From: an uncultured Verrucomicrobiae bacterium
Lineage (GTDB): Bacteria; Verrucomicrobiota; Verrucomicrobiia; Chthoniobacterales; UBA10450
Direction: 5' to 3'
DNA length: 64,000 bases
Assembly: GCA_963834385.1 (NCBI GenBank)
Contig: CAWIBO010000002.1
Location: 480,001 to 544,000, forward strand
Shown here piece after piece: positions 49,915-60,647 of this stretch. The first letter of the stretch is position 1. Each line of letters opens with the position of its first letter. Both the position numbers and the translations under genes were made by a program. The notes under the pieces are model-generated. The model was not told where the DNA came from and did not search any database. It was given only the letters and a program-made list of their open reading frames with translations.

Positions 49915-52900
49915 ATGTTCAAGAAAATCTCTTGTGGGGTAAGCGTTCTCTTTCTCTCCCTGGTCACGTTGTCGGCCCAGACTCTCTGGACCGACGGCAC
50001 CGGCGATTGGTTTAACGCGGGAAATTGGTCAGCGGGGGTTCCCTCCTCGATGATCGACGCCGAAATCACTAATGGCGGCACCGCCCAGATTAATGCGGCG
50101 GGCGCGGCGGCCCGCCGGCTGAACCTCGGGAATGCGCCCGGCGAGTCGGGATCGGTCACCGTAACCGGTCCGCTCGGAACGCTCAATGTAAGTCTGAATT
50201 TAAGTATTGGGGAACACGGCGTGGGCACATTCGATATTTCTGCGGGCGCCGTCGTCACCGCCGACAGTCTCAGGATCGGACATCATACTAGTTCCACCGG
50301 GACGGCGACGGTCGATGGCGCGGGCTCGAAATTGAGCCAGGGAATGTTCGCGGCAGGCGCCGTGGTCGGCGATTTCGGCATGGGAAGCCTGACCATCAGC
50401 AATGGTGCGACCTTCACCTACGCCGCGCTGGGCGTGGGCGACAACGGAGGCCATGGAACCGTTCTTATCGAGAGTGGCGGCACCGCCAATACCGCCAGTT
50501 CTGGCGCATATCTGGGAAACGCTGACGACGCCGTCGGCATGGTGACGGTCACCGGTGCGGGCTCTGAGTGGACGAGCGGCCTCATGCAGGTCGCGGTTGC
50601 CGGCACCGGCACGTTGAATATCGAGGACGGGGGCAAGGTCGGCAGTACCACTGGACAGATCGCCAACAGCGAAGGCACTCCCGGCAACACCGGAACGGTC
50701 AATGTCGACGGGATGGGTTCCACCTGGACGATGAGCGAAAACCTGTCGGTTGGCCTCGGCGGAGTTGGCGCCCTGAATATCACTGATGGTGGGACGGTTT
50801 CCAACACCGCCGGCACCATCGCCCGGGATGCCATGTCCAGCGGGACCGTGAACGTCGCCGCCGCCGGTGTCTGGACCAGCTCCGAAGGACTCAAGGTGGG
50901 CGAAGGCGGCCTGGGCGCGCTGCACCTCCACAGTGGGGGCATGGTTTCGAATACTTTTGGCCAGATCGGATCCAACGCGGACTCGGATGGCACCGCCACC
51001 ATCGACGGCCTCGGGTCCACCTGGACCAACAATGGCACCTTCCTGGTTGGCGCCTCGGGGACCGGCCTGATGGAGATCACCAACGGTGGCGCGGTCACGA
51101 GCGGCGTCTCCCTGATCGGCGCAAACCCGGGCGGCAATGGCACCGCCGATGTCAGCGGGATGGGATCGACCTGGACAGCGTCCAGCCTCTACATCGGCGG
51201 GGATCCAATGGGCGCTCAGGGCACCGGATTGCTGCGCGTTCAGACCGGCGGAACCATCAATGGACCCATCACCGTCTGGGATACCGGCACGCTTGAGGTG
51301 GGCCTGAATCCGATCATTGCCGGGCCGCTAACGTTTGACGGCGGCACCTTGCGCACGATCGCCAATATGACCTTCTCGAACAACGCCAGCCTGGCGGCGG
51401 GCGGCGTCGTTTTCGATTCCAATGGTTTTTCCTCAACTTTCAGCGGTGGCTATGCTGGCCCGGGCGGAATCACAAAGATTAATGCCGGGGCCATCACCAT
51501 GTCCGGCCCGAGCGTGTTCGGTGGCACTATGGAGATCGACGGTGGAAGCCTTCTGATTACCGGCTCAGTCATCACTCCCCAGACAAATGTGAACGCCGGC
51601 GGACTGCTCGGCGGCACCGGCACCCTCAATGGCGATGTGCTCAACGGCGGCGTGGTCAGTCCCGGCCTCTCCCCCGGCACCTTCACGGTCAATGGCGTTT
51701 ACACGCAAAGCTCCGCCGGGACCCTGCGGATCGAGATCGCCGGCGTGACCCCGGGCAATTTTGATCTGCTCCAGGCTGGGTCCGCCTTTCTGGACGGAAC
51801 GCTTCAGGTCGTTCGCTTCAACAACTACAGTCCACAGCCCGGCGACAGCATGACCATCCTGAGCACGGCATGGGCGGCCTTAACGGAACGCAGTTTGCCG
51901 CGGTCGACAGCAGTTCCTTCAGCGGCGTGGTGCAGCCCACCGTCGTTTACGATCCGAACGATGTGCGCATCGTTTTCGTGCAGGGCTCGTTCGATGTCGG
52001 CGGGCTGACACCGAATCAACAGGCGGTGGCCGATAATCTCAACGACGCTGTGGGCGATCCGCGCGCCGACGATCTCTTTGCCGTTCTCAATTTTGAGCCC
52101 GTCGCGAACCTTCCGTTTGCCTACGACCTGATCGCCCCGGAGGAGCTGGCTTCGCTTTACGAAATCGGGTTTTCATACGCCGGCGTGCAATCACTGAACC
52201 TGCAGCGTCGCATGGATGATATCCGCGCAGGCTCCACCGGTTTCAGCGCCAGCGGCTACCAAATGTCGGAACCGCAGGGCTACCGCAAAGCCGCCGATGG
52301 AAAGACGCTCCTCGATAAGAATCCGGCGCCCGCCTTTGTCCCCTCTCCCCAAAACCGCTGGGGCGTCTTTATCACCGGCACCGGTCAATTCGTGGACGTG
52401 GGAAACAATGATTTTAATGCGTCCGGCTATGAGATCGCGACCGGGGGCCTGACGCTTGGGCTCGACTACCGGCTCACCGAAAACTTCGCGGTCGGTCTCA
52501 ACGGCACCTACGCCCACAGCACGGTGGATCTCGTCAACGACGGCGATATCGAGGCCGACAGTGTGAAGCTTGGGCTCTTCGCCACCTATCACCAGAATGG
52601 GTTCTACCTCGATGTCGCCGGAAGCGGCGGCTGGAATACTTACGACATCCGCCGCGCGGCCCTCCTGGGCGATGCCCATGGCGAGACGGACGCCGCCGAG
52701 TTCAACGGGTTGATCGGGGCCGGCTACGACTGGAAATGCGGGAGCCTGCGCTTTGGGCCCACCGCCACCTTCCAGTATACCTACATCGATCTCGACAATT
52801 TCACCGAGGAGGGGTCCCTCGCGCCCCTGCACTTCCCGGAACAGGATGAAAGCTCGGTTCGGAGCACGCTCGGATTCCGGCTTTCTCATGATGTAAAGAT

Positions 52901-53174
52901 GGGCGGCGCGATCCTGCGGCCCGAGATTCGGGCAGCCTGGCAACACGAGTTCGGCGAACAGTCCCATGCCATCCAGGCGGAATTTGCTTCCGGCGCCGGC
53001 AGCGATTTCACCGTCTGGGGGCCGCACGTCGGACGGGACAGCGCGCTCGTCAGTGCCGGTGCCAGCCTGCTCTGGAACGACCGCGTGGCGACCTACGTCC
53101 ACTACGACGGGCAGTTCGGCCGGGGCAATTACGACAGCAACAGCATCAGCGGCGGCGTTCGTCTCAGCTTTTAA
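49915..53174 (+). CDS. Autotransporter with Gly-rich beta-repeat passenger; apparent frameshift near 51868
   Basis: Signal peptide; repeats V.G.GS.W....L.VG..G.G.L.I..GG.V; SPG.SPG; beta-barrel ending GGVRLSF. Confidence 0.9.
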
Positions 53175-53185
53175 GCCCGCACCCG

Positions 53186-53283
53186 CTCCTAAGCTTGCTC
53201 CTGCTCGATCCCGATGCGCCGGGGACGGCGCACGCTACCGCGCTGTCACGCGAGCGAACGCTGATCACCGTTCACCATTCACG
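53186..53283 (-). repeat. Composite hexamer / REP-B / heptamer repeat
   Basis: REP-B 53214-53238 identical to 48563-48587; CTCCTG-like units before and TTCACC/ATTCACG after. Confidence 0.75.
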
Positions 53284-53377
53284 TTTTCCACCCCCTTTCC
53301 TGTTTTCCTGATTCAATCCTCCTCTGGCTTCCTAAATTTCTCGTGCGATACCGCCCTGACCGCCTATAAAGAGCATC

Positions 53378-54934
53378 ATGGCTCGCCGTAAGAAATCATC
53401 GTCGCGCAGTTCCGATCTCGTGGTCCTCCCGCGCGAGAATGGCCACCACGATACGCGCCTCGCGCTCGCCCCGAAAGATCGCCGGCTGAGCTTCGGCGAG
53501 AAGTGGAACTACGCGCCCGCCCCCGAGGCCAACGACTACATCCAGCTAAAGAAGCGCTATCCGCTCTACATCAACGGCGAGTTCGTCGCCCCGCACTCCG
53601 GCAAATATTTTGCCTCGATCAATCCGGCCACGGAGAAAAAACTGGCCGAGATCGCCGAGGCCGACGCCCACGACGTCGACCAGGCGGTCAAGGCCGCCCG
53701 CACCGCCTACAGCAAGGTCTGGAGCAAAATGCCCGGGCGCGAACGCGGCAAATACCTTTACCGCATCGCCCGCCTCATCCAGGAACGATCGCGCGAGCTC
53801 GCCATCATGGAGACGATGGATGGCGGCAAGACCATCAAGGAATCGCGCGACGTCGATCTGCCGCTGGTCGCGGCCCATTTCTTCTACTACGCGGGCTGGG
53901 CCGACAAGCTCCAGTACGCCTTCCCCGGACGCACCCCGCAGCCGCTCGGCGTCGCCGGCCAGATCATCCCCTGGAATTTTCCGCTCCTGATGGCGGCCTG
54001 GAAACTGGCGCCCGCCCTGGCCGCGGGAAACACCTGCGTGCTCAAGCCGGCCGAGACCACCAGCATCACCGCCCTGCACCTGGCCGAGATTTTCGCCGAG
54101 GCCGGCCTGCCCGATGGCGTGGTCAACATCGTCACCGGCGCCGGCGCGACCGGCAAAGCGCTGGTTGAGCATGACGACGTGAACAAGATCGCGTTCACCG
54201 GCTCCACCCAGGTGGGCAAACTCCTCACCCAGGCCGTGGCCGGGACGAAAAAGAAGCTGACCCTCGAGCTCGGCGGCAAGGCGGCCAACATCATCTTCGA
54301 CGATGCCCCGCTCGACCAGGCGGTGGAGGGAATCATCAGCGGCATCTATTTCAACCAGGGGCACGTCTGCTGCGCCGGGTCGCGCTTGCTCGTGCAGGAA
54401 GGCGTTTTCCCGCAGGTGATCCGGAAATTGCGCGATCGCATCGCCACCCTGCGCGTGGGCGATCCGCTCGACAAAAACACCGACATCGGCGCGATCAACT
54501 CCCGGATGCAGCTCGAGAAGATCGAGGAACTGGTCGAGAGCGGCCTGAAACAGGGCGCGGAACTGGTGCAACCGCGCTGTCGTTTGCCGGAGAAAGGCTA
54601 CTGGTATCCGCCGAGCTTTTTCACCGGGGTGACCGCTTCCCACCGGATCGCGCAGGAGGAAATTTTTGGACCGGTCCTGAGCGTGATGACTTTCCGGACG
54701 CCGGAGGAAGCGCTGGAACGCGCGAACAACACCCCGTATGGGCTGAGCGCGGGCGTCTGGACCGATAAAGGCTCAAAGATCTTCAAGATCGTGAACAAGC
54801 TCCGGGCCGGCGTGGTCTGGGCGAACACCTACAACAAGTTTGACCCGACCAGCCCCTTCGGCGGTTACAAGGAAAGCGGTTTCGGTCGCGAAGGCGGCCG
54901 CCACGGCCTCCTCCCCTATCTCACGTTAAGGTAA
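53378..54934 (+). CDS. Aldehyde dehydrogenase (deoC-associated type)
   Basis: IIPWNFP, FTGST, LELGGK, GHVCCAGS, EEIFGP, FGGYKESG. Confidence 0.95.
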   Translation: MARRKKSSSRSSDLVVLPRENGHHDTRLALAPKDRRLSFGEKWNYAPAPEANDYIQLKKRYPLYINGEFVAPHSGKYFASINPATEKKLAEIAEADAHDVDQAVKAARTAYSKVWSKMPGRERGKYLYRIARLIQERSRELAIMETMDGGKTIKESRDVDLPLVAAHFFYYAGWADKLQYAFPGRTPQPLGVAGQIIPWNFPLLMAAWKLAPALAAGNTCVLKPAETTSITALHLAEIFAEAGLPDGVVNIVTGAGATGKALVEHDDVNKIAFTGSTQVGKLLTQAVAGTKKKLTLELGGKAANIIFDDAPLDQAVEGIISGIYFNQGHVCCAGSRLLVQEGVFPQVIRKLRDRIATLRVGDPLDKNTDIGAINSRMQLEKIEELVESGLKQGAELVQPRCRLPEKGYWYPPSFFTGVTASHRIAQEEIFGPVLSVMTFRTPEEALERANNTPYGLSAGVWTDKGSKIFKIVNKLRAGVVWANTYNKFDPTSPFGGYKESGFGREGGRHGLLPYLTLR

Positions 54935-55019
54935 CCTCTCGCCGGGTCTCAGCGTGCCGCGGCAGATTCGCTTCCTTCGACCTTTCTCGCGTCGATAACC
55001 GTTTCGGGAGACCTGAAAG

Positions 55020-55466
55020 ATGATTGTCACTCTCCGCGCGGTGACCGAGACGGATCTGCCGATTTTCTTTGAGCATCAGCTTGATCCGGAGGCGACCCGG
55101 ATGGCGGCGTTTCCCAGCCGCGACCGCGACGCTTTCATGGTTCACTGGGGCAGGATCATGCAGAACGAAACCGGGCTGCTGAAGACCATCATGGCGGACG
55201 ACGCCGTGGCCGGGAACATCGTCCTCTGGGAAGCGGAGGGAGAACCGAACATCGGCTACTGGATCGGGAAAGCCCATTGGGGCAAAGGAATTGCCAGCGC
55301 GGCCTTGTCACAGTTCGTGGCCAGCATTAACGCGCGACCACTTTATGCGCACGTCGCCAGGCATAATTTCGCTTCGGTCCGGGTCCTGCAGAAATGCGGG
55401 TTCCAGGTCGCCCGGGAAGAGAAGGGCGAGGACGGCGTCGAGGAACTGGTGATGGAACTGCGCTGA
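55020..55466 (+). CDS. GNAT acetyltransferase (RimJ/RimL-like)
   Basis: IGYWIG..HWGKGIA, N.AS.RVLQKCGF. Confidence 0.9.
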   Translation: MIVTLRAVTETDLPIFFEHQLDPEATRMAAFPSRDRDAFMVHWGRIMQNETGLLKTIMADDAVAGNIVLWEAEGEPNIGYWIGKAHWGKGIASAALSQFVASINARPLYAHVARHNFASVRVLQKCGFQVAREEKGEDGVEELVMELR

Positions 55467-55509
55467 TTCAGAACGCCGCCGTCACCCGCGAGACCAACAG
55501 CTTCACTCC

Positions 55510-56157
55510 TCAATCAGCAAACCGTTGACCGGCGGCGACGCGCGCCTTCTCCACCTCGCCGGCTCCGTTGACCGACGCGCCGAGGTCGCGCAGGAGGCCG
55601 TCGCCGATTCCGTAGATCAGGCCATGCACCGAGAGCGCCTGGCCGCGCGCCCAGGCATCCAGCACGATGGTGGTTTCACAGACGTTGACCACCTGCTCGA
55701 TCACGTTCAGCTCGCAGAGCCGGTCGGCCGCCTCGTCTTCCTCGGCGATGGTCCCGAGGTTCCCGGCGTGCTTGTCGCGCACGTCCTGCACATGCCGCAG
55801 CCAGTTGTCGACCAGGCCGACCCGGTCGGCGCGCAAGGCCGCGCGGACGCCGCCGCAGCCGTAATGCCCGCAAACGATCACGTGCCGCACCTTGAGCACG
55901 TCGATGGCGTATTGCATCACGGAAAGGCAGTTCAAATCGGTGTGCACCACCACATTGGCGACGTTGCGATGGACAAAGAGTTCGCCGGGAAGCAATCCCA
56001 CGATCTCGTTCGCCGGCACCCGGCTGTCGGAACAGCCGATCCAGAGGTAGGCGGGCGATTGCTGGCGCGAAAGCCGCGCAAAAAATTCCGGGTCGCGCTC
56101 CAGCATCCGCGCCGCCCAGGCTTTGTTGTTCGCGAAAAGTGTGTTTAACGCCTCCAT
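55510..56157 (-). CDS. can: Beta-class carbonic anhydrase
   Basis: WIGCSDSRVP, FVHRNVAN, CGHYGCGG. Confidence 0.96.
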   Translation of the reverse strand: MEALNTLFANNKAWAARMLERDPEFFARLSRQQSPAYLWIGCSDSRVPANEIVGLLPGELFVHRNVANVVVHTDLNCLSVMQYAIDVLKVRHVIVCGHYGCGGVRAALRADRVGLVDNWLRHVQDVRDKHAGNLGTIAEEDEAADRLCELNVIEQVVNVCETTIVLDAWARGQALSVHGLIYGIGDGLLRDLGASVNGAGEVEKARVAAGQRFAD

Positions 56158-56171
56158 TCCCTCACCTTAGA

Positions 56172-57293
56172 TCAACGGTCGGCTGCAGGAAAATCCGAAC
56201 GCGCATCAAAGTAGAGCACGGCAAACGCGATGCCGAGCAGCGGTTTGATCACCGCGCTGACCGCCCCCGAGGCGACGTAACTCCAGAACATGAGCGAATC
56301 GGTTACCGGGTTCTGCGCCATCTTTTCGATCTCCGCCATGGCCTGCCCCATGTCGGTGATGAGGCCGAACCGGGCCAGGACAAAGGGCATTTCCACCATG
56401 GTCCCGGCGATCAGGAGCACCAGCAGCCAGAGCGAAACCAGGAGCGCGCCCCGAAAGATCGGCCGTTGCCGAAAATCGAGCCGGACACGGTTCCGGGCCA
56501 GGTCCCGGCTCTCCCGGATGGCGAACACGCCCCGGCGGTCCTCCAGCACGGCGCACTGTTGCCAGAAGAGGAAGTTGATGAAAAGGCGACCGGTCATGTA
56601 GGCCTGCAAGGCGAGCAGAGCCAGGGCCAGGAAGATCGTGGCGAGCGTGGGCGGCTGCGTCAGGATGGAGAAAATGATGAGGAGCGGAAGCACGCTCCAG
56701 AACATGTAGGCGCCGGAAACCATCAGGCAGAGACCGAGCACGCGCGGCCAGAACCGGGCCGCCCCCGCCACGATGCTGCGAAAACGCGGACGGTCACCGC
56801 GCGCCAGCGTGGCTACGACGCGCTGCAGGCCGGCGATGTAAAAGGCCCAGGCGAGCAGAAGAAGCACCACCAGCCCGCCCAGGGTCCAGAGCGCCTCCGG
56901 CGGAAGCGTTTCTCCTGAGACAATCCGGCCGCCGGGCTCCACCCGGGGCAACCGGAATCGGCCAATCGAGATCCGGAGCAAAAACGCCGGGATCTCGAAC
57001 AGGAACGCGAGAAAAACGAAGAAAAAGAATCCTTTCCGGTAAAGCCGGACTGTTTCCAGCAGGATCTCGCCCACGGTCCGATGATGGATCGGTGTTGGTT
57101 CAACCGGCGGCGGCAACGGCGGTGGCCCGAACAAACCCGGGATCTCCGCCGCGGTGCTCCAGTCATCGTCCGGGTCGCGGCGGACGGGGTTGTCGGGCAA
57201 AACCCGGCCCTCGCGTTTCCATTCCAGCAAAGTCTCGAACGAAACGGGTCCGTATTCCTTTTCCTGCACCAGCAACGTCCAACCCTCTGGCAT
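56172..57293 (-). CDS. GYF_2 (DUF4339) domain membrane protein
   Basis: EYGPVS...L..W..EGR..W...EIP.L, PPPLP linker, multiple TMs. Confidence 0.8.
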   Translation of the reverse strand: MPEGWTLLVQEKEYGPVSFETLLEWKREGRVLPDNPVRRDPDDDWSTAAEIPGLFGPPPLPPPVEPTPIHHRTVGEILLETVRLYRKGFFFFVFLAFLFEIPAFLLRISIGRFRLPRVEPGGRIVSGETLPPEALWTLGGLVVLLLLAWAFYIAGLQRVVATLARGDRPRFRSIVAGAARFWPRVLGLCLMVSGAYMFWSVLPLLIIFSILTQPPTLATIFLALALLALQAYMTGRLFINFLFWQQCAVLEDRRGVFAIRESRDLARNRVRLDFRQRPIFRGALLVSLWLLVLLIAGTMVEMPFVLARFGLITDMGQAMAEIEKMAQNPVTDSLMFWSYVASGAVSAVIKPLLGIAFAVLYFDARSDFPAADR

Positions 57294-57378
57294 GCGCAGT
57301 ATCTAAGCGCGTTTGGCCCGGCGCACATCCGACTTTGTCTGAGCTGCCCCGGTGGGGCGGCCTTGCCGGGAAAATTCA

Positions 57379-57605
57379 CCACAGAGACCGCAGAGGGCAC
57401 AGAGGACACGCAGAAGGTTATTGATGAGACAGATCGAACAGGATTTGCGCCGCGTTCCCCGGTAGGGCGAGACTCTGTCGAGCCTTGGAGAAGGCGTGGC
57501 CACGCTACCAAGATGCGAGCGCGTGCTCCCAGGCTCCGCAGAGCGTCGCCCTACCGAAGAGGCCTGCCTCGCAGGCTATTCACCATTCACCATTCACGAT
57601 TCACG
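57379..57605. repeat. Nonamer repeats + REP-A inverted doublet (57461-57555) + heptamer repeats
   Basis: CACAGAG-type 9-mers; GGTAGGGCGAGACTCTGTCGAGCC...GGCTCCGCAGAGCGTCGCCCTACC; (ATTCACS)4. Confidence 0.85.
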
Positions 57606-58241
57606 CCCCTCTTCACCATCCCCCGCTCTCACCGCCGGGTAGGTTCGATCAAGCTCAGCCAGCAGTTCCGCCGTCACCTCGTTCCGATCAAAAACGCAGC
57701 CGGCGGCTTTCCGCAGCGAGGTGGCCGACTGGCCCAGGTCTTCCGGGAACGCTCGTTGATTGACGTTCAGGCCGATGCCCAGAATCGCGAGGTAACTCCT
57801 CCCCTGGGCCCGCATCTCCACGAGCACCCCGGCAATCTTGGCCCCGTCGATATGAACATCATTCGGAGGCTTCACCACGGGAGAGCGGCGAAGAAAATGC
57901 CCCACCACGCGCGCGACCGCCTGCGCCGCCCAGGCAGTCAAACGCGACGATTCCTCCACCGGAATCCCGGGCCGGAGCAAAACCGAGAGATAAATGCCTT
58001 CGCCGCGCGCCGATTCCCAGCGCCGGCCGTGCTGGCCGCGTCCGGCCGTCTGATGCTCGGCCATCACGACCACCCCCTCCGCCACCTGCGGGCCGGCCAG
58101 TTGCAGCAGGTGATCGTTGGTCGAGCGGACTTCCTCCAGCACCACGATCTCGCGCCCGAGACGTCTTGCCCCGAGCCGGTCCCGGATGAACGCCGCATCC
58201 AAAGGGTCCGGCACCTGGCCGGCCGGATCAATCTGCGGCAT
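57594..58241 (-). CDS. birA: Biotin--[acetyl-CoA carboxylase] ligase
   Basis: STND, QTAGRGQHGRRW, KPPND, KIAGVLVE, GIGLNV. Confidence 0.93.
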   Translation of the reverse strand: MPQIDPAGQVPDPLDAAFIRDRLGARRLGREIVVLEEVRSTNDHLLQLAGPQVAEGVVVMAEHQTAGRGQHGRRWESARGEGIYLSVLLRPGIPVEESSRLTAWAAQAVARVVGHFLRRSPVVKPPNDVHIDGAKIAGVLVEMRAQGRSYLAILGIGLNVNQRAFPEDLGQSATSLRKAAGCVFDRNEVTAELLAELDRTYPAVRAGDGEEGRES

Positions 58242-59079
58242 GGGTCAACTCGAGCGAAAAATCGATCGCGCGCGCCGAATGCGTAAGGGCGCCCACAGAG
58301 ATGTAATCGACTCCGGTGGCGGCGATTCGTTGCACGGTCTTGAGGGTGACACCGCCGCTGGCCTCGAACTTCACCCGGCCGCGCCCCATGGCGATGGCGC
58401 GGCGAAGCTGGGCCGGTTTCATGTTATCGAGCAGGATCACGTCGATCCCTTTCACCTTCAGAAACTCGCGCACCTGGCGCAGTTCGTCGGCTTCCACCTC
58501 CACCCGCACGTCGGGGTGAGCTTCGCGCAGACGCTGGATGGTCTCGGCCAGGATCCCGGCGGTCGCGCCCGCGGCGAGATGATTATCCTTCACCAGGGCC
58601 ATGTCATGGAGGCCATGCCGGTGATTCACCCCGCCCCCGGCCACCACCGCCGCCTTTTCGAGCGGGCGAAGGCCGGGCGTGGTTTTGCGGGTGTCGAGAA
58701 TCTGCGCGGGATGCCCGCCGACCGCGTCAACATATTGGCGGGTCAGGGTGGCGATGCCGCTCAGCCGCTGCAGAAAATTCAGGGCCACACGTTCTGCGGT
58801 CAGGATGGAACGGGCCGCGCCGGTGATCTCCAAGACCACGCCCCCCGCCTCCACCACGGTGCCCTCCCCCGCGGTGATCCGCACAGCAAGCCCGGGGTCG
58901 GCCTGCCGAAAGACTTCCTCAGCCACGGCGGTGCCGGCAACCACGGCGCGTTCGCGCGCCACAATCCGCGCCTCCGCCCGCCGCGTCGCGGCGACAAAAA
59001 ACTCGCTCGTGATGTCGCCCGGCCCCACATCCTCGGCCAAGGCCGCCGAGACGATTCCGGCGGTGCCCTGTCGTTTCAT
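58228..59079 (-). CDS. nadC: Quinolinate phosphoribosyltransferase
   Basis: ALAED..GDITS, ERVALN, DTRKTTPG, KDNH, LLDNM, EASGG. Confidence 0.97.
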   Translation of the reverse strand: MKRQGTAGIVSAALAEDVGPGDITSEFFVAATRRAEARIVARERAVVAGTAVAEEVFRQADPGLAVRITAGEGTVVEAGGVVLEITGAARSILTAERVALNFLQRLSGIATLTRQYVDAVGGHPAQILDTRKTTPGLRPLEKAAVVAGGGVNHRHGLHDMALVKDNHLAAGATAGILAETIQRLREAHPDVRVEVEADELRQVREFLKVKGIDVILLDNMKPAQLRRAIAMGRGRVKFEASGGVTLKTVQRIAATGVDYISVGALTHSARAIDFSLELTHAAD

Positions 59080-60413
59080 GCGCGCACGCGCGGGGCCCGG
59101 TAGACACAGGCGCCGCGCACGTAGGTCTCCAGCATGGCGCGGGGACGCGCGCGATAAATGCAAAGGGCCACCACGTCTTCCGCGGAAAGATTCTTCAACG
59201 GCTCGGTATTGTTTTCCCGGTAAGGCAGGAGCGGCGGCAGATCGACCACGATAAAGTCAGCTTCCTTGCCGGGATCGAGGGTGCCAATCCGGTCGAGCTT
59301 GCCAAGGGCGCGTGCTCCCCCGGCGGTGGCGAGGTGCAGGGCCCCGGCGGGACGCAGGGTGGCAAGGTTCGGCTCGTAGAAAGAGCGCGCCTTTTGCGCA
59401 TCGATGGCGGAACGCATCACCTGCCACATGTCGAGCTCGGGCCCGGCGGCCACGTCGGAGCCGAGGCCGACGGCGATGCCGGCCCGGAGCAGTTGGTCGA
59501 GCTTCATCAGACCGCTCCCGAGGAAGAAATTGGAGGTGGGGCAATGCGCCACGCTCGATTGCGCGGCGGCGATGGCCCCGATCTCACGCGGGTTCAGGTG
59601 AATGCAATGGCCCAGCATCGTCTTCGGCGTGAGCAGGCCGCACTTCTCGTAGACGTGGGTGTAGTCGCGCGCCCACATGTAAAGATGATGCACCTTCTCG
59701 ATCTCCTCCCGGTTTTCCGCGAGGTGGGTCTGGAGATAAACGCCCAGACTGAGGGCCGCCTCCGCCGCGCTCCGCATCAGTTTTTCCGAGCAGGTCACGG
59801 CAAACCGCGGACTGAAGGCGTACTCGAGCCGGCCGTCGGCCGCTCCGTGCCATTTTTTGCAGAGTCGCTCGCTTTCCATGAGCGAGACGGAGAGGATTTT
59901 CTTGGGTTGGAGCGTGCCGTAGGACCCGAGGTCCATCATCATCTTGCCGAGGATGACACGGAGTCCGCTCTCCTTCGCGGCCTCGAACGCCACCTCGCAG
60001 CTTTCCTCGTAAATGGCGGCGTAAACCATCGCGGTGGTGGTGCCGTGCCGGGCCAGTTCGCGGAAGAACTGCGGCGCCTCCTCCCGTGCCTTGGGGGCGC
60101 TGAATTCCTTTTCCACCGGGAAAATGTGCTGACGCAGCCAGGGAAGCAGGTCGCTCTCGCCCCGCGCCACCACCGGGTATTGCGGGAGATGGGTGTGACA
60201 ATCGATCAGTCCCGGGAAAATCGCCACCGGACCACGGTCGATCCATTCCACCGGGCGATCACGGGGCAGCCGGCGGAGATCATCGTAAAACCCGACCTCG
60301 GTGATGCGGCCGTTCTCCACCACCATGGCGCCGTTGCGCCAGCTCCGGAGGGCGCCCAGCTCCGGGGCGTCGATTAGATAGCCGCGGATTCCGTAAAGCG
60401 AGGGCTGCTCCAT
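59076..60413 (-). CDS. guaD: Guanine deaminase
   Basis: PGLIDCHTHLPQY, SPRFAVTCS, QTHLAEN, HCPTSNFFLGSG, GSDVAAG; start could be TTG 60428. Confidence 0.92.
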   Translation of the reverse strand: MEQPSLYGIRGYLIDAPELGALRSWRNGAMVVENGRITEVGFYDDLRRLPRDRPVEWIDRGPVAIFPGLIDCHTHLPQYPVVARGESDLLPWLRQHIFPVEKEFSAPKAREEAPQFFRELARHGTTTAMVYAAIYEESCEVAFEAAKESGLRVILGKMMMDLGSYGTLQPKKILSVSLMESERLCKKWHGAADGRLEYAFSPRFAVTCSEKLMRSAAEAALSLGVYLQTHLAENREEIEKVHHLYMWARDYTHVYEKCGLLTPKTMLGHCIHLNPREIGAIAAAQSSVAHCPTSNFFLGSGLMKLDQLLRAGIAVGLGSDVAAGPELDMWQVMRSAIDAQKARSFYEPNLATLRPAGALHLATAGGARALGKLDRIGTLDPGKEADFIVVDLPPLLPYRENNTEPLKNLSAEDVVALCIYRARPRAMLETYVRGACVYRAPRVRA

Positions 60414-60479
60414 GAGCACTTCACTCAAACATTAACCGGAGGGGCCTGACAATGTCCGAGTTAGGGGAAGGTCGAGGGC

Positions 60480-60559
60480 AAAAAAAAGATTCGGGCAGCG
60501 CACGCCAAGGAGAAACAACAAATACTTTGAACGTGCAGCTACCCGAATCGCCTTAACCT
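60480..60559 (-). ncRNA. Candidate small RNA or attenuator hairpin with U8 tail
   Basis: About 17-bp stem 60488-60504/60532-60549, 27-nt loop, followed by T8 on the minus strand. Confidence 0.4.
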
Positions 60560-60647
60560 GACTCATTTGACAGCCCGCCCGGCACCCCGTTCGAATTTTT
60601 CATAACAATTTTCAGGGTTTTTTCGGGGGGGCCCGCTCAGGGTCCCC

